Below are positions 62,361 through 64,000 of a DNA stretch of 64,000 nucleotides, piece after piece (position 1 is the first letter of the stretch; every line of letters begins with the position of its first letter). The notes beneath the pieces are model-generated. The model saw only the letters and a program-made list of their open reading frames with translations. It was not told the DNA's origin and did no database searches. Source of the DNA: an uncultured Actinomycetes bacterium (GTDB lineage: Bacteria > Actinomycetota > Acidimicrobiia > Acidimicrobiales > CAVTQP01); the NCBI GenBank assembly GCA_963736925.1, contig CAVTQP010000001.1, positions 70,159-134,158 of the forward strand. Reading direction: 5' to 3'. The translations under genes were made by a program, and so were the position numbers.

Positions 62361-63821
62361 CTACGGCGCCTCGGCTGTGGCCAAGCCGATCAGTGCTTCA
62401 ACAAGCCCGGCCATCGTGTGATCGCGTGCGACGACGTCGACCGAGAGACCGGCCTCTTCGGCAGCCTGCGCGGTCACCGGCCCGATACACGCCACTCTCG
62501 GTGGAACCGAATCGACGCCCGCGGTCTCGACAAAGCTCCTGACCGTCGACGCGGAGGTGAAGGTGATGGCCTGCGCCCGGCGGATGTCTTCCAAGCGATC
62601 GGCTGGGGGCTTGACGCGAGAGGTGGCATAAGCCTCCACCTCGTCGACCTGCCACCCCCGCCTGCGCAGCCCGGCGGGAAGCACGTCGCGGGCTCCCTCG
62701 GGACGGGGCACGAGAACCCGGCGCGATCCGCCCGGGGCGGGGAAGGCCTCGAGCACCGCCTCCGCGACAAAGCTCTCAGGGACCAGATCAGCCGCCAACG
62801 CGTGCCTCGCCAGTACGTTCGCGGTAACGAAGCCGACGGCGGCGATGCGGGCCGCTCCGAAGGCCCTCGCGTCGCGGACCTGGCCCATCACGGCCTCCAC
62901 CCCGTTCCCTGATCCGAACACCACCCATTCGTACGAACCCAGGCGCCCGGCCGCTTCGCGGAGGGCGAGACCTCCGTCGCTCGGCTCGCCGACCTCGATG
63001 AGGGGGACCTCGACGGGCACCGCGCCAACCGAGGAAAGCATGCCCGCCAGCTCCGACGCCTGGGCCGCCGACCTGGTCACGACCACCCGCCATCCCCGAA
63101 GCGGCCGCCTCTCGAACCATGACAGGTTCAGACCGGCCACCGCGCCGACGACTATGGTCGCCGGGGGGTCCATCGGCGTGGCGCCGAGGTCCCGCAGGGT
63201 GGTGCGCACGCTCGTCTGCTCAGGCCGCGTCCCCCAGGTAACCGCGATGACCGGCGTCTCCGCGGCCAGCCCGCCTTCCATCAGCCGTGCTGCTATTTCG
63301 CGCCGGTGGGCCACGCCCATGAGCACGACGATCGTCCCACCCACCCTGGCGAGGCTCTTCCAGTCGACATCTCTCTCCAAGGACTGACGGCTGTGACCCG
63401 TGACCACCGAGAAGCACGCCGAAAGGCCCCGGTGGGTGAGCGGTACCCCCGCGTAGGCCGGCACGGCCGCGGCCGACGTCACGCCGGGAACCATCTCGAA
63501 GTCGATCCCCTCGTCCAGGAGGGCTTGAGCCTCCTCGCCCCCTCTGCCGAACACGAAGGGGTCCCCTCCCTTCAGCCGCACCACGTTCAGCCCACGCCGG
63601 GCCCTCTCGATCAGGAGCCGGTTGATCCGGTCCTGGTCGACCGGACCGCCGGGACGCTTTCCGACGTCGATGCGCTCGGCGCGCTCCGGGGCCATGTCCA
63701 AGAGTGTCGGGTCGGCCAGCCGGTCGTGTACAACGACGTCGGCTCCTTCCAGGACCCGACAGCCCCGCACCGTGAGCAGACCGGGGTCTCCGGGTCCGGC
63801 CCCGACCAGGAAGACCGTCAA
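62361..63821 (-). CDS. Bifunctional uroporphyrinogen-III C-methyltransferase / uroporphyrinogen-III synthase
   Basis: 486 aa. The N-terminal SUMT domain has (M)TVFLVGAGPGDPGLLTVRG...LKGGDPFVFGRGGEE. The C-terminal ~240 aa resemble HemD. The TTG start overlaps the hemC stop (TTGA). Confidence 0.9.
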   Translation of the reverse strand: MTVFLVGAGPGDPGLLTVRGCRVLEGADVVVHDRLADPTLLDMAPERAERIDVGKRPGGPVDQDRINRLLIERARRGLNVVRLKGGDPFVFGRGGEEAQALLDEGIDFEMVPGVTSAAAVPAYAGVPLTHRGLSACFSVVTGHSRQSLERDVDWKSLARVGGTIVVLMGVAHRREIAARLMEGGLAAETPVIAVTWGTRPEQTSVRTTLRDLGATPMDPPATIVVGAVAGLNLSWFERRPLRGWRVVVTRSAAQASELAGMLSSVGAVPVEVPLIEVGEPSDGGLALREAAGRLGSYEWVVFGSGNGVEAVMGQVRDARAFGAARIAAVGFVTANVLARHALAADLVPESFVAEAVLEAFPAPGGSRRVLVPRPEGARDVLPAGLRRRGWQVDEVEAYATSRVKPPADRLEDIRRAQAITFTSASTVRSFVETAGVDSVPPRVACIGPVTAQAAEEAGLSVDVVARDHTMAGLVEALIGLATAEAP

Positions 63822-64000
63822 GGCGTTCCCCCCGGGCTCGCCGCGCCCGAAGACAAGTCGCCCAACAGGAAGGAGCCTCCACAGCCGTCGACGAGCTCTC
63901 GCGCCAGCTCTCGCCCCAGCCTCTCGGGATCATCGCCGACATGGCTGCGCCTCAGCACCACCCGGCCGTCGAGACTGGCCAGCAGGCCGTCCAGACGCAA
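63818..64000 (-). CDS. hemC: Porphobilinogen deaminase (hydroxymethylbilane synthase), C-terminal fragment; gene runs off the right edge
   Basis: The last ~60 aa (...LASLDGRVVLRRSHVGDDPERLGRELARELVDGCGGSFLL...) fit the HemC domain-3 tail and sit upstream of cobA/hemD-hemB-hemL. Identity rests largely on context. Confidence 0.65.
   Translation of the reverse strand: MRLDGLLASLDGRVVLRRSHVGDDPERLGRELARELVDGCGGSFLLGDLSSGAASPGGTP

Overview
This is a high-GC (roughly two-thirds G+C by eye) segment with actinobacterial-type gene order. It is almost entirely core housekeeping genes, and almost all of them are on the minus strand.

Reading the minus strand from right to left:
- hemC (partial), cobA/hemD fusion, hemB, hemL, then serS coupled by a TTGA overlap.
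- A divergent plus-strand geranylgeranyl-reductase-family gene.
- A complete nuoA-N set, followed by acs and a HAD hydrolase.
- A small mixed block: yajQ (+), tRNA-Tyr, an MptB-like GT-C membrane glycosyltransferase, and a GNAT (+).
- tRNA-Thr, tRNA-Met, rpmG, an ECF sigma / zinc anti-sigma pair, tRNA-Trp, secE, nusG, rplK, rplA, rplJ, rplL, rpoB, rpoC.
- rpsL, rpsG, fusA, tuf, then the S10/spc/alpha ribosomal clusters (rpsJ through rplQ), truA, rplM, rpsI and the 5' part of glmM.

Notes on the ORF track:
- It translates GTG and TTG starts as M and often extends ORFs far upstream of the real start. I trimmed starts using conserved N-termini, Shine-Dalgarno (SD) motifs and stop/start overlaps.
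- Three genes absent from the track were found by hand translation: rpmJ, rpmG and the edge-truncated glmM.
- Four tRNAs were folded by hand.

I found no mobile element, CRISPR array, defence or toxin module, and no convincing novel multi-gene system. This is an ordinary core region.

Things worth a second look:
1. Long low-complexity tails on several ribosomal proteins, especially a 177-aa L30 with a basic Ala/Lys-rich tail.
2. Recurrent short tandem duplications (13-23 bp) at gene ends and in spacers, including three copies of the rplK 3' end next to a (GT)9 microsatellite.
3. Apparent frameshifts in acs, serS and hemL, all in the right-hand third of the window.
4. An unusually long structured spacer between rpsJ and rplC.
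5. A purine-rich, low-GC leader before fusA.
6. An infA whose conserved N-terminus can only be reached from a CTG codon.
7. An ECF sigma / anti-sigma pair wedged between rpmG and tRNA-Trp.

All family assignments are from reading the translations. No database search was run.
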